Positions 25,893-38,554 of a stretch of 64,000 nucleotides of DNA are shown piece after piece; position 1 is the first letter of the stretch; every line of letters begins with the position of its first letter. The notes under the pieces are model-generated. The model was given only the letters and a program-made list of their open reading frames with translations, was not told the DNA's origin and ran no database searches. Both the position numbers and the translations under genes were made by a program. This DNA is from Octopus sinensis. Taxonomy: Eukaryota. The DNA lies in the NCBI RefSeq assembly GCF_006345805.1, contig NC_043012.1, forward strand, positions 48,422,001 to 48,486,000, read 5' to 3'.

Positions 25893-26806
25893 GGGTTTCA
25901 TATGATATTAGTAAATATAGTACCACTAATCAGATATAACATTAGAAACTAAAGCACCGAAAATAGGATATGTATAATATACAAACAACAAAAATAAAAC
26001 CACCATTAAAACATCGATGGAGCCTCCATGTGGTGGCTTAACCTACTAGAATTAACAGCTCATAAAACACAGTCTCGTTGAATAACATTGTCCTGTATAC
26101 AAAGTGTTGATGAAAAAGACGGGATGATCATGCCTGGAACGTCTTTCACAATAAACCTATTCAATCAGACATATAATAATATAACAAAAACTAGTTTAGT
26201 GGAGCCCAATTGCATGGCTTTATTCACCCACCCCCAGCTACAAAAACAAAACAAAATGGCTGCTGTAGAAATTGAAAAGAAATCTTTAAAGAAATATTTT
26301 ATAGAGCTATCCCATTAATGAGGCAGCATTTAAACATGCTTTATGTTCGGAATCGTGACAGACTTATGAAACACATTGAACATACAAACATTCTTCTATG
26401 ATCGTTATTTAAATTTTTAAACACACTTGTGCATGCACGTGCATTACGCTATAGTGTCGGTGTGATTGCACAACATACATTTTCGCTTTCATGTATGCGC
26501 AATTCCACTGCGACAGCAACTACAGCAAAAAATCACTGCAACCGCTACTACGACAAATACTTCGATGACTACAGCTAGTAAAAGCACTACTACTTTACTT
26601 AATATCACTGCCCTAGCTATTTCTACTGTTACAAAATCTCCGTCTTCTTCTTATTATTATTATTTTCTTCTTCTTCTTCTTCTTCTTCTTTTTCTTCTTC
26701 TTCTTCTCTTTCTTCTCCGCCTCCTCCTCCTCCTCCTTCTTCTTCTTCTTCTCTTCTTCTTCTTCTTCTTCTTCTACGACAACGACGAATAATAATAATA
26801 ATAATG

Positions 26807-26838
<32 letters not shown>

Positions 26839-26842
26839 CCTT

Positions 26843-27040
26843 TCTAATAAAGGCACAAGGCCCGAAATTTTGGGGAAGTGGATAAATCGATTACATCGAC
26901 CCCATTATTATACTGGAATTTGATTTATCGACCCCGAATTGTTGAAAGGCAAAATCGACCTCGGCAGAATTTGAACTCAGAACGTAAAGACGGACGAAAC
27001 GTCGCTAAGCATTTTGTCCAATGATGTAACGATTCCGACA
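26843..27040 (-). mobile_element. SINE family A subfamily
   Basis: Family A head and body with the alternative tail; sits in (AAT)n. Confidence 0.8.
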
Positions 27041-27074
27041 ATAATAATAATAATGATAGTAATTATAACAACAA

Positions 27075-28165
27075 TACTTAGATACTCAGCAGTTTTTTGT
27101 AGATTGGACAAAGCTAGACAGAAGAACTAGAAAGGAATTCAATATGAATGAAGGACCCCACCCAAGAAGTAGGAAGATTATATTTACCTACAAAGGAAAG
27201 TAGAAAACTGCATGAAGTTAGCTAGAGTAGATATAGATCCTATGTAGGTAATAATGAAGAAAGTTTATTAAAAGCTGCTAGAGTCACAGCAAGACATAGG
27301 GAAACCAAAAACCCAAACGAAGTTAAAAATCAGAAACGAAGGAACAAAAATTATCTGACTGTCAGAAGAAGGCTTTGCGTGGTAGGTTCCCAAAGACAGT
27401 TGCAGAAAATAGTAGTAGTGGGACATGGTTATAGTTGCCGAAAAGAAAACTTAATAGGGAGACAGTAAGTTTGTTACAAGCTGCATAAGATCAAGCCTTA
27501 AGGACTAATTGGATAAAGTCCAAGTTAGAAAAAGGCCAACTAGATTTCCAGTGTAGGTTATGCAAATCAAAAGAGGAATGCGTTACTCCTATAGTAAGTG
27601 AATGTAGCATGCTAGCACAGAAAGACATGACAATCTAGGGGGAGTAATCCACTAGGAGTTATGTAGAAAGCTAGGATTTGAATATACTGATAAATGGTAT
27701 GATCATGAACCCAGTAGAGTACTAGAAAGTAAGAAATACAAAATCTTGTAGGGCTTTAACATTGAGACTGATAGAGTAATACAAGCTAGAATGCCTGATT
27801 TGGTAGCAGTAGATAAAGAGAACTGAAAGTGACAGATAATTGACTTTACAGTTCCAAATGATGAAAGAATCAAAATGATAGGTATAGAAAAACAGCAAAG
27901 TACCAAGACCTAAGCATTGAAGTGCAGAGACTATGGAAAATTCGGGTAGAATATATCCCAGTAGTTATAGGTGCATTGGGAACTATCCCTAAAGAACTGA
28001 ACCGATGGATAAATGAAATAGGCATAAAACCAAGTTTAGTACAGCTACAGAAAACGGTGTTACTTGGGACAGCTAGGATACTTAGGTGGGTTCTTGGCAT
28101 CTAGGGTTACTTGTTGTAGCCCGATATTAAGATTTCTTCTTTTCCAACAGTTTTATCTATTGTGT

Positions 28166-28167
<2 letters not shown>
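27075..28167 (+). mobile_element. 5'-truncated Dong/R4-clade non-LTR retrotransposon with RLE endonuclease, dead
   Basis: RLYLP, AA*DQALRTNW, CRLC zinc knuckle, RHD, WYDHEP, RMPDLV..DK, IIDFTVP, KYQDL, PVVIGALG, LQKTVLLGTARILR; (AAT)n on both flanks. Confidence 0.9.
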
Positions 28168-28230
<63 letters not shown>

Positions 28231-28231
<1 letters not shown>

Positions 28232-28576
28232 GCTTCAAATGTGAGCAGGAGGCTAGCAATTTCAGGTGGAGGCATTTCGATTACATCAACTGGTACTTAA
28301 TTTGTTGAATCAGAATGCATGAAAGCAAAATCAACCTGGTGGAATTTGAACTCAAAGCATTAAGAAGTGGGAGGTATACCACAAAGCATTTCCCCACATC
28401 CTGACAATAATAATAATAATAATTCCATTGCTATTCTACTAATAAAAGTAGTAACACGTATAATATTTTTACAATCACAAAGACTTCTACAATTAGTTCA
28501 ACAAAAACATCAACAACAACAACAACAAGTAATGTTAGAACTACACCTAAAAATAATAATGATAATAATAATAATA

Positions 28577-28608
<32 letters not shown>

Positions 28609-28963
28609 TAATAATAATATAATAATAATAATAGCTTCAAATGTGAGCAGGAGGCTAGCAATTTCAGGTGGAGGCATTTCGATTACATCAACTGGTACTT
28701 AATTTGTTGAATCAGAATGCATGAAAGCAAAATCAACCTGGTGGAATTTGAACTCAAAGCATTAAGAAGTGGGAGGTATACCACAAAGCATTTCCCCACA
28801 TCCTGACAATAATAATAATAATAATTCATTGCTATTCTACTAATAAAAGTAGTAACACGTATAATATTTTTACAATCACAAAGACTTCTACAATTAGTTC
28901 AACAAAAACATCAACAACAACAACAACAAGTAATGTTAGAACTACACCTAAAAATAATAATGA

Positions 28964-29023
<60 letters not shown>

Positions 29024-29034
29024 TAATAATAATA
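28231..29034. repeat. Near-identical tandem duplication, period about 402 bp
   Basis: agcttcaaatgtgagcagg begins at 28231 and again at 28633; each unit holds a decayed family A SINE and is bounded by (AAT)n. Confidence 0.9.
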
Positions 29035-29139
29035 ATAATAGAGAAAAACCGTGACGATCAATAGTGCTGAGTAATCAAAGGTTGCAGTGACATCATTCGT
29101 GCACATAATACAGTTGCATAATCAAAACAAAAGTGAAAG

Positions 29140-29192
29140 CAGTGGAAGCAGAAGTGGCGGCGTCGGCGGCGGCGGTGGCAGCAGCAGCACCC

Positions 29193-29265
<73 letters not shown>

Positions 29266-29488
29266 GCTTTTAGTCATGGTGGTGGAGGTAATTCTGTAGT
29301 TTAAGGTCTTGAATAATAGTGATAGATTGGTGCTGTTGGCAGCGGTGGCGGTGGTGGTGGTGGTTTTAATGGTGGTGGTGGTGGTGGTGGTAGTGGTGGT
29401 AAGGATGGGAGTTTTTAGAAATGGTTTTCTAAGATGTGCTAGATGTGGTAGTGGTAACGTTCGTGTTTTTAGAGGTGCAAGATCATGG

Positions 29489-29524
<36 letters not shown>

Positions 29525-29835
29525 CGACGACGACGACGACGTCGCCGATGATGGTGACGGCGACGATGACGACAATGACGACGATTATGATGATGATGAT
29601 GGTGGTGGTTGTGGTGATGATGATGATGATGATGATGGTGGTGATGATGATGATGATGATGGTGACGATGATGATGATTATGAAGAACAACCAACAACAA
29701 CAACAGCCCAAACAATCAATGATAACAAATACGTGAACATCAATAGCAACATCAACAGCAATGGCAACCAATAAGAATATTTAAAAGATAACATAAATAT
29801 AAATACACACAGCAACAACAACAACAACAACAACA
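29140..29835. repeat. Compound trinucleotide field (GGC, AGC, AGT, GGT, GAT, GAC, AAC)
   Basis: Directly visible; source of the poly-H, poly-D and poly-M ORFs. Confidence 0.95.
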
Positions 29836-30364
29836 ATAGCAAGAAAGATAAGAGAAACTAACAAAACCTGCAGTTACTACAACAGCAATGAGATCAATAA
29901 CCAAATAAACAGCAGTGAAATTTCTAAAAATTTTAAAATATAGACAGTGGAAAACTTCAAAAATGAAGGAAAAAGTTAAAGAAAGGAGAGGAAAGGAAAG
30001 ATAAACGTTGAAAAAGATTAGCAAAAAAAATGGACAGCCAGAAACCAAGAAAGGAAAATAAATGAACACAATACATAATAAAAAAAAAACAAAGATTATA
30101 TACAAAGAATTACAGAATTACAGACAAGAAAGGGAAGCGAGGAGATTAGCATGGTGTGTGCGTATATGCATATATATATATATATGCACGTTTATGTGCA
30201 TGTATGCATATATATATATATGTCTGTATATGTGTGTACATATATATTTGCATATATACATATATATATATATATAAATATATATATGTATATATTTATA
30301 TATGTATGTCTCCATATATAAATGCCTATATTACTTTATGACTTATGTATAAGTGCATATATGC

Positions 30365-30413
<49 letters not shown>

Positions 30414-30524
30414 ATATAATATATATATATATATACATGTATATGTATACATATATGTGTGTATATATATATTATATACATATATGTATTTATGTATATA
30501 TATATACATACATATATATATATA

Positions 30525-30573
<49 letters not shown>

Positions 30574-30779
30574 ATATATATAAATATATATATACAAGCA
30601 TAGTTTGTCAATAACGCAAAGAAGGGAAAGACATAGGTGTGGTAGAGTGTTGTGCAGTGTGCAAGATGTATTTGAGGACTTAATTATCGGCATATTATAC
30701 TCTCCAAAACAATTAAAAGGATTTTGCTTCTGTCAGATATCCCATAGCAGATAAAATGCGAACACACAACTGATAAGTC

Positions 30780-32260
30780 ATTCATTTGGTGTTGCCATGT
30801 GTACGGGACAAAGTGACTTAAAAATTGACAACTCTCTAAATGGTGCAAAATCATTTGTACTGCACATTAGGTGGATTGGAAACCTCTGACGAGAATCTTT
30901 CGACCTTATGAAAGAGAAAATCATTTTAAACGTTCGGGGACTGTAAAGACACTGCAATACATCAAACGTATTCAAAACATTATCGACGATGCCGGAAAAT
31001 CAGTGAGGGCCATCACCAGAAGACAGGTGTCATAGTGGACTATCAGAACTAAGGTTCATATGGGCATACGATAGATGTCGCATGTATTGAGGAAAGGCCA
31101 ATTTATGTCTTCAAAGACAAAAAAAAAACTATCTGATCTTTCCCAAGCGGTTACTTAACACGGTTAAACACTGCCAAGAATATACTTTGGTTCTTCTTTG
31201 ATAAGAAAAACTTGGACTGAGAACTAAAGTACAGCAGGAGAAATGACAGATGGCTACGCTTTACTCATTACTCTTTTACTTGACTGCGGCCATGCTGGAG
31301 CACCGCCTTTAGTCGAGCAAATCGAGCCCAGGACTTATTCTTTGTAAGCCTAGTACTTATTCTATAGGTCTCTTTTGCCGAACCGCTAAGTTACGGGACG
31401 TAAAGACACCACCATCGGTTGTCAAATGATGGGGGGGGGGACAAACACAGACATACAAACATGTACACTCGAATGCACATATATATACATATATACGACG
31501 GGCTTTCAGTTTCCGTCTACCAAATCCACTCAAAAGGCTTTGGTCAGCCCGAGGCTATAGTAGAAGATTCTTGCCCAAGGTGCCACGCAGTGGGAATGAA
31601 CCTGGAACCATGTGGTTGGTAAGCAAGCTACTTACCACACAACCACTCCTGCTCTTATGCGTACAGATACTTGAGATGACGCCCTTAGTAATTCACACTA
31701 AGTTTTCGGCAACTGTATTGGTATTAGGAGTAACGAACGTTATGTCACGCCATCTCAAATCCTTCCACGAAGTAGTAGTTATTGTTGCTGGATAAACTGA
31801 GATGCTGCAGATAGTTGTTAAGCTCTGGGTGGAAGGAGTACACAGTGTAAGGCCATACGTGTTCAGCAAGACTCAGCACTTTCTCACAAAGCCACACGTA
31901 ACCCAACAATGGATGTTGTGAGACAATCGTTACCATATGTAACACCAGATCTGTGGCTTATCCAATTTACCATATTTAAATCTGATAGATTACTACGTTT
32001 GAAACGATGTTGACAAGGAAATTAATCATCTTATTCACACAAGCATAGTTTCACTGAAGGCCGTCATGTCCGAAATGAATAAGGGACATTTAGCATAGGC
32101 ATGTCAACGATTCCGATCTTGCATGGAAGCAGCTATCGATGCTGAAAGGAGATTTATAGAACGATGCTATAAGAACATATACTGCAGTTTGTCCATGACT
32201 GCGTTAAACAAAAACATGATGATCACAAGTTTATTAAGTGTTCTGTTCAATCATGGTTGG
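30780..32260 (+). mobile_element. maT-type Tc1/mariner relic interrupted by a SINE
   Basis: IQNIIDDAGKSVRAI, HVLRKGQFMS, WFFFDKKN (first-D region), then a SINE at 31260-31655, then HTKFSATVLVLGV, RPYVFQQDSA, LNLIDYYV and ACQRFRSCMEAAIDAE; many stops and frameshifts. Confidence 0.78.
31260..31655 (-). mobile_element. SINE family B inserted into the maT relic
   Basis: Full head-to-tail match to the 24058 copy. Confidence 0.9.
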
Positions 32261-32392
32261 TCTTAGGTTAAGGAATAACAAACAATGCCATCTTAATAGG
32301 AACGTCCATTTAAAGTTTTTTTTACTGGCTCTAAAAGAAAAGCTGATGTAGTGGAACAAAGTAGAGAGGCTCCAATATAATCTCTTAAACTT

Positions 32393-32472
32393 ACTGACTA
32401 ACATAAAAGTTCAACTGACATAAAAGTACAACTGACATAAAAGTACAGCATAAAAGTACGACATAAAAGTGT
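32393..32472. repeat. Short minisatellite, about 17-18 bp unit (actgacataaaagtaca), about 5 copies
   Basis: cataaaagt recurs five times at regular spacing. Confidence 0.8.
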
Positions 32473-32841
32473 AATGATAGCCGTAGGAACAAAAACTGGT
32501 TAATGACGGTCTTGTTTCTCAAAAGAAATCCTTATCATTTCGTTCATGAATCTTTTAAAAATGATGAGGGACATTGAGAAAAGATAAACTGAAAATCAGA
32601 GATTTGACGTTTAACAGAGCAGCTCAAATATTTCGTCGGGATTCAGGAGAGAACCATGTGCACAAGTGATCTATTAAAATATATTTGATTTTTCTTATAG
32701 AATCTGAGTGAATAGTGGATTGATATTTCACTAATTTGCCTTTAGTATTTAGTTACAGTTCTAAGTTCAATTCATTTCGAGGTCATTCTTGCCTTTTCAT
32801 TCTACCATGGCCAATATTATAAAGTACTAGAAGGTGACTAA

Positions 32842-33040
32842 CTGGCAGAATCGTTAGCAAGCCGGACGAGATACTTAACGGCATTTCTTAACGTTCTGAG
32901 TTCAAAATCCGCCCATTTGACTTTACCTTCCATCCTTTTCGGTTTGATAAAAATAAGTACCAGTTGACCACTGGGGATGATGTAATGCACTTACCCCCTC
33001 CCTGAAACCACTGCCCTTGTTACGAAATTTGAAACCAATA
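32842..33040 (+). mobile_element. SINE family A subfamily, diverged
   Basis: ctggcagaatcgttagc head; gaaatttgaaaccaat tail. Confidence 0.75.
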
Positions 33041-33609
33041 TTATAATGCATAAGGCAAGTACTAGTGACGGTTTTGTCTATCATAAGCTTTCTCACGGTT
33101 CTGAGGCTTTGTGTTTATGTTAGAAATTAATATATACATCGACAACCATATAAATAGACAAGGAGAAGGATAGCTGGAGTTATAAAAATAGGCAGAGACA
33201 TAAGAAAGAATAGAGAGAATATTATACAGTGGGGAAAAGCAGGAGAGACAGAAACATAGAATGTGGTTTAGAGAGAAAACCAATAGAGATATACGGCGAC
33301 AGAGAGAGCTATAACGAGAGATATAGAGACAAGGACAGAAAAGACAACTGAAGATACACTGTATAATGTGAAAGAAAGTTGAAGCAAGAGAGATGTATAC
33401 AGTGATTGAAAGAAATAGACAGAGAATGGCACAGAACGTGGGTGTAAGTGAAACAGGGATAGTGACAGAGAAAATTAGGGAAAATGGTGGTGAAAGATAC
33501 AGTCCCAGAAAGGTAGAAATAGAAATAGTGACAAAGAGAGAGAAAAGCGGTGAAACAGAGATATGAACTGAAGTAGAAGCGAGGTGCAGACAGAATAGTA
33601 GACAGAGAC

Positions 33610-33695
33610 AAAGAAAGGAAAAAAGAAAGAAAGAAAGAAAGAAAGAAAGAGAAAAAGAAAGAAAGAAAGAGAAAAAGAAAGAAAGAAAGAAAGAT

Positions 33696-33750
<55 letters not shown>

Positions 33751-33760
33751 AGAAAGGAAA
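33610..33760. repeat. (AAAG)n microsatellite
   Basis: Directly visible. Confidence 0.95.
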
Positions 33761-35425
33761 ATAAAATTTAGTAGCAGGAAAACAGTCAGGATTTAAATGA
33801 GTTCAAATCCCTTACCCCCGGGTCTACTTTGTCTTTCATCTTCCAGGGGTCGATAAAATCAATCTAACTTAACTTACTTTACTCTTTCTTTGTAAAACTC
33901 TTTCTTTCTATGTCTTCAGTGGAATACCGGAGAGATTAATTGATGAGCCTTTCTTTCACATCCCCCAACGATGCTGGCCTTGTATCTATATTAAAGATCA
34001 ATGCATACACGCATACACATGGATACATACATACATGCATACATATACATATACACATGCAAATATAGATACGTACATACGTATACATACACACAAACAT
34101 ATAAATACATACATATACATAGACACATACATACAATTGTGTGTATGTGTATATAAAAATATATATATATGCGCATAAACGTATATATAAGAAATCGATC
34201 CTCTGTCGGTGTCGAAGATGACTATATCACTTGCTAAACCAACAGAACTATCTTCATATTATTACAGCGGAACAAGCGTAAAATGCTATATGGAAATGCT
34301 GGTCCCCTGAATTGTAGGTACATGATATCCGTTGGCCTTCTATATTCTTCTCAATTTCTCATATTGGGGCCAATTCAAGTCTAACAAACGTTATAATCCA
34401 CCCGCCTGTGCCTGCGTGTCAATATGTGTATATGAGCGTGTGAATTTATATATACAAGGTGACTCACATAATTTCACTAGAGTGAAGATATTTGCCCTCA
34501 TGTTTAGATCGCTAAGATCACAATGGGCGCACTTTCGGGAGCAGGAATAGTACAGAAAATCTGGCTACATTATGCAATTCTGTAACGTAAAATATATTTT
34601 CCCATAAATCCCACGTAACATGGACGTTAACTAATTCATGTTAGAGAATTCCTAGTTACGTTAAGATCTTCATGAACGCAACACAAGTATAATGAAAGAG
34701 TTATTTACTATTGAAATATTTAAATGTTTTTCTATACTTATGGGAATATTTCAGCACAGGACTGGTTCTACAATATAATAATTTTAATTATGGAGTTATT
34801 ACATAATACATTTCCTATAGGCAAAGATCACATTTAAAATTAATAGTATTATACGATGGAACGTAACTAATAATTTATACTGTATTTAATGTTCGTGTCT
34901 TTCAAATACCGAATGTATTTATTAAGATTTGTAGAATTAGATTTCTTCCTAAAGTTAAATGAAGAAGAATGGTTATGTAATCTAGATTTCCAAGCTGTTG
35001 CAGAAGAACCTACAATAACTATACATAGATATTATTCTTTAAACATTGATTTTCTAAAGAACACGTAAGTCTGTTCTGAAATTATAAAGGAGTTTATTCA
35101 CTCGTAACTAGCACTCATGGTTAAAGGAATTAATACTGATTCTACTCTAAGAACCAGTTGTTAAAATAGGATTGTTAGCAATGTCATAATCAATATTATT
35201 CCTATGTGTTAAAGATGCTCTGGATTTCACTGATAGAATTAAATTCATGTAAAGTATCAAAAACAGGGTGAGTTAGTTCAACTGAACTAGGATTAAAATT
35301 ATTAACTATGTTACATTCGAGGCAAGATTACTACTATTTATATTATCATCATTAGTACGATTACTATTTTCACTTTTGCTATTATTATTAGTGTTATCAT
35401 CATCACCATTACAATTATTATTATC

Positions 35426-35458
<33 letters not shown>

Positions 35459-35507
35459 TACTACTACTACTACTACTACAATTATTATTATTATTATTAT
35501 TATTATT

Positions 35508-35722
35508 GCGGCGAGCTGGCAGAATTGTTAGCACGCTGGGCGAAATGCTTAGCGGTATTTTATCTGCCGCTACCTTCTGAGTTCAAATTCCGCCGAGTTC
35601 GACTTTGCCTACTTCCTTTGGGATCCGATAAATTATGTAGCAGTTGAACATTGAGGTCGATGTAATCGACACATCCTCTACCTCAAAATGGCTGCCCTTG
35701 TGGCAAATTTGAAACCATTATT
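35508..35722 (+). mobile_element. SINE family A subfamily
   Basis: gcggcgagctggcagaa head; inserted in an (ATT)n/(AGT)n tract. Confidence 0.85.
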
Positions 35723-35730
35723 ATTATTAT

Positions 35731-35773
<43 letters not shown>

Positions 35774-35774
35774 T

Positions 35775-35831
<57 letters not shown>

Positions 35832-36408
35832 TAGTAGTAGTAGTAGTAGTAGTAGTTGCAGCAGTAGTAGTAGTAGTTGCAGCAGTAGTAGTAGTAGTAG
35901 TAGTACATGTTTGACTTTTGCTTTGTATTTGTACAAGTTGACTCCAGGTCTCACCCAGAGACCTCAAGGGACAACAAGTTAGAAGTTCATGTTGGTGTTA
36001 TGCCTAGGGTGCCATATATATTTGGTTTTGCACGTAGTATTCTTCTAGAGATTGCGTAAGAATACAAGGAAATTATGAGTTTGTTTTAAAATTTGAGATT
36101 ACATATGCAGTATATTACGTAGGATATGTGCAGTTCCCATGAGTCCTATCTTTTGAATCTCTGCCATTTTGGAGTTTCCTAGTATCTGACCTACGTAGCA
36201 GTCAGCACCTTTTGCTATCATTCCTAGGGCACCTATGACAACAGGTATTGTTTTAGTCTTCAGGTTCCACTTTTTGCCAATTTCTACTTCAAGATATTTA
36301 TACTTGCCCAGTTTTTGGTTTTGTCACATACATTTTTATCGATTGGGATAGTCATATCAATGATTATTATTATTATTATTGTTGTTGTTGTTGTTGTTAT
36401 TGTTGTTG

Positions 36409-36454
<46 letters not shown>

Positions 36455-37303
36455 CATTATTATTGAGTGAGAGAGCAGTTCATGCCATCAAAGTGACACG
36501 GGTAAAATATACGAAGCCCAATATACCCATCATGACTACCCGTCTGATAAGGGTACACTATGCACATGCATCACAACCATATGTGCGCGACATGGTGATC
36601 TCATATCAATAATATTAATACTCTAACTTTTTAGTTTTGTACGTACATGTGGTGTGCGTCACACTTACTTCAAAGAAGTGGCAAAGAGAGAGAGGAGGAG
36701 GACAGAGTAGTAGTAAAAGAGAGAGAGTGTGTGTGAGAGAGAGAAAGGGAGAGGGAGAAAGAAAGTAAGAGAGAAAGACAGAGAAAGTGAAAGAGACAGT
36801 GAGTGGTGACAGCGTTCGTTTTGTGTTTTGAAATGTTTCAGGGAGGACATAAGAGGAAAAGAAAGAGAGTGAGGGAGAGAGTGAGGAAAAGAAAGAGAGT
36901 GAGGGAGAGAGAAAGTGAAAGAGAAAGCGAAAGAGTGAAAGAGACAGTGAGTGGTGACGGGGTTTCTTTTGTGTTTTTAAATGTTTATAGCATCGCAAGA
37001 GAGGTAGATACATAGATACATATACACATTGTTGAATTAAAAGCGGGAGAGAAGGGACACAAAGGAGGTATAAGAGAAAGAGAAAACTGAGCGAGACAGT
37101 AGATACGTAAATCCATCATACATAGGTACATCAACACAGCAAATATTGGATGTCAGTTTCACTTTTCATTACCACACGAGGATAAAATTAACTCAAAAAT
37201 GGCTGAATACTCTACAGGGAGATTCGGCTCACACAGTATATGACAAGGCTGATCTCTATGAATTACAGCTACAACTCGAGACATATATATGAATGTATTT
37301 GTG

Positions 37304-37334
<31 letters not shown>

Positions 37335-37639
37335 TGTGTGTGTGTGTGTGTGTATAGTTTAGGTTACTTAAAACATGTTTGCAATAATAAATGTCGCGTG
37401 GTGGAAATAAACGCAATTACCAAACTTTCATTCATAAATCCAGTTATTATTTCGTTCTTTTGCATTTCAATCTCTACATTAAGATTCTTTGAATATGTAC
37501 GATGTATTTTAAGGTGAAATTGTAATTCCGTTTACGTTTGTGTAACAGATATTTTGGTTAGATTATATTGCCATTCGCGTTACATTACTTTCTATATTCT
37601 GTAACTGTCACAATATACTTTTCTAGACCTGAATGTTTT

Positions 37640-37765
37640 ATGGGGAGGGTGACAGTTGATTAGATAGACCCCAGTACACAACTGATACTTAATTTATCAA
37701 CCCCCAAAGGACGAAAGGCAAAGTCGATCTCGGCAGAATTTGAACTCAGAACATAAAGGCAGCCG
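37640..37765 (-). mobile_element. SINE family A fragment
   Basis: Matches the central body of family A. Confidence 0.7.
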
Positions 37766-38225
37766 GTCATAATATACAAACATTTCCCGTGGCACTAGTA
37801 CACTGTTTACAGATGCTTACATTTTTAAAGTTTTCAGTGCATTTTTCACGGGTCCAGCTACTTATTATTATAATTAAGTCTGACACATAATAGAGCTTAT
37901 CTTATAATTGACTCTATCGGTCCTAGACGTGTTTATCAATTTTGAGTTAAGATATTGTCTCATTTTACTTTTGTAATGTGCTGGCACAATAGGAATGGTC
38001 TTTGATTCTATACAGTGCAATCAACAAATAAAGATGTGATATTCTCTATTCTTGCTATATACTCCCGATTTCTCGAAATTCTTCTGAGCAATATTTAGAT
38101 TTACTTCTGGGGGAATTACATGGATACTAATTCTGTTCGAATTTATTCGTATCTGATTGTTTGATGCAGTTAATCATGTTGGCTTAACTACTGGGTGCTC
38201 TGTAGGTAACAATCTGAATTTATTA

Positions 38226-38312
<87 letters not shown>

Positions 38313-38385
38313 CATATACACATATATATATATACACATATACATGTATGCACATATCTACATGCGTAATATATACGTGTATTTG

Positions 38386-38418
<33 letters not shown>

Positions 38419-38423
38419 TATAT

Positions 38424-38499
<76 letters not shown>

Positions 38500-38554
38500 C
38501 GTAAATGTCTAACAATAAAATAAGTGCACAACATCGCATTGGTGGATATATAAT

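Noticed and set aside
29122-29774. Poly-His, poly-Asp and poly-Met ORFs
   Set aside because: Compound trinucleotide repeats open in several frames on both strands; no coding context.
32393-32472. Short regularly spaced repeat as a CRISPR-like array
   Set aside because: No unique spacers and a eukaryotic context; an ordinary minisatellite.
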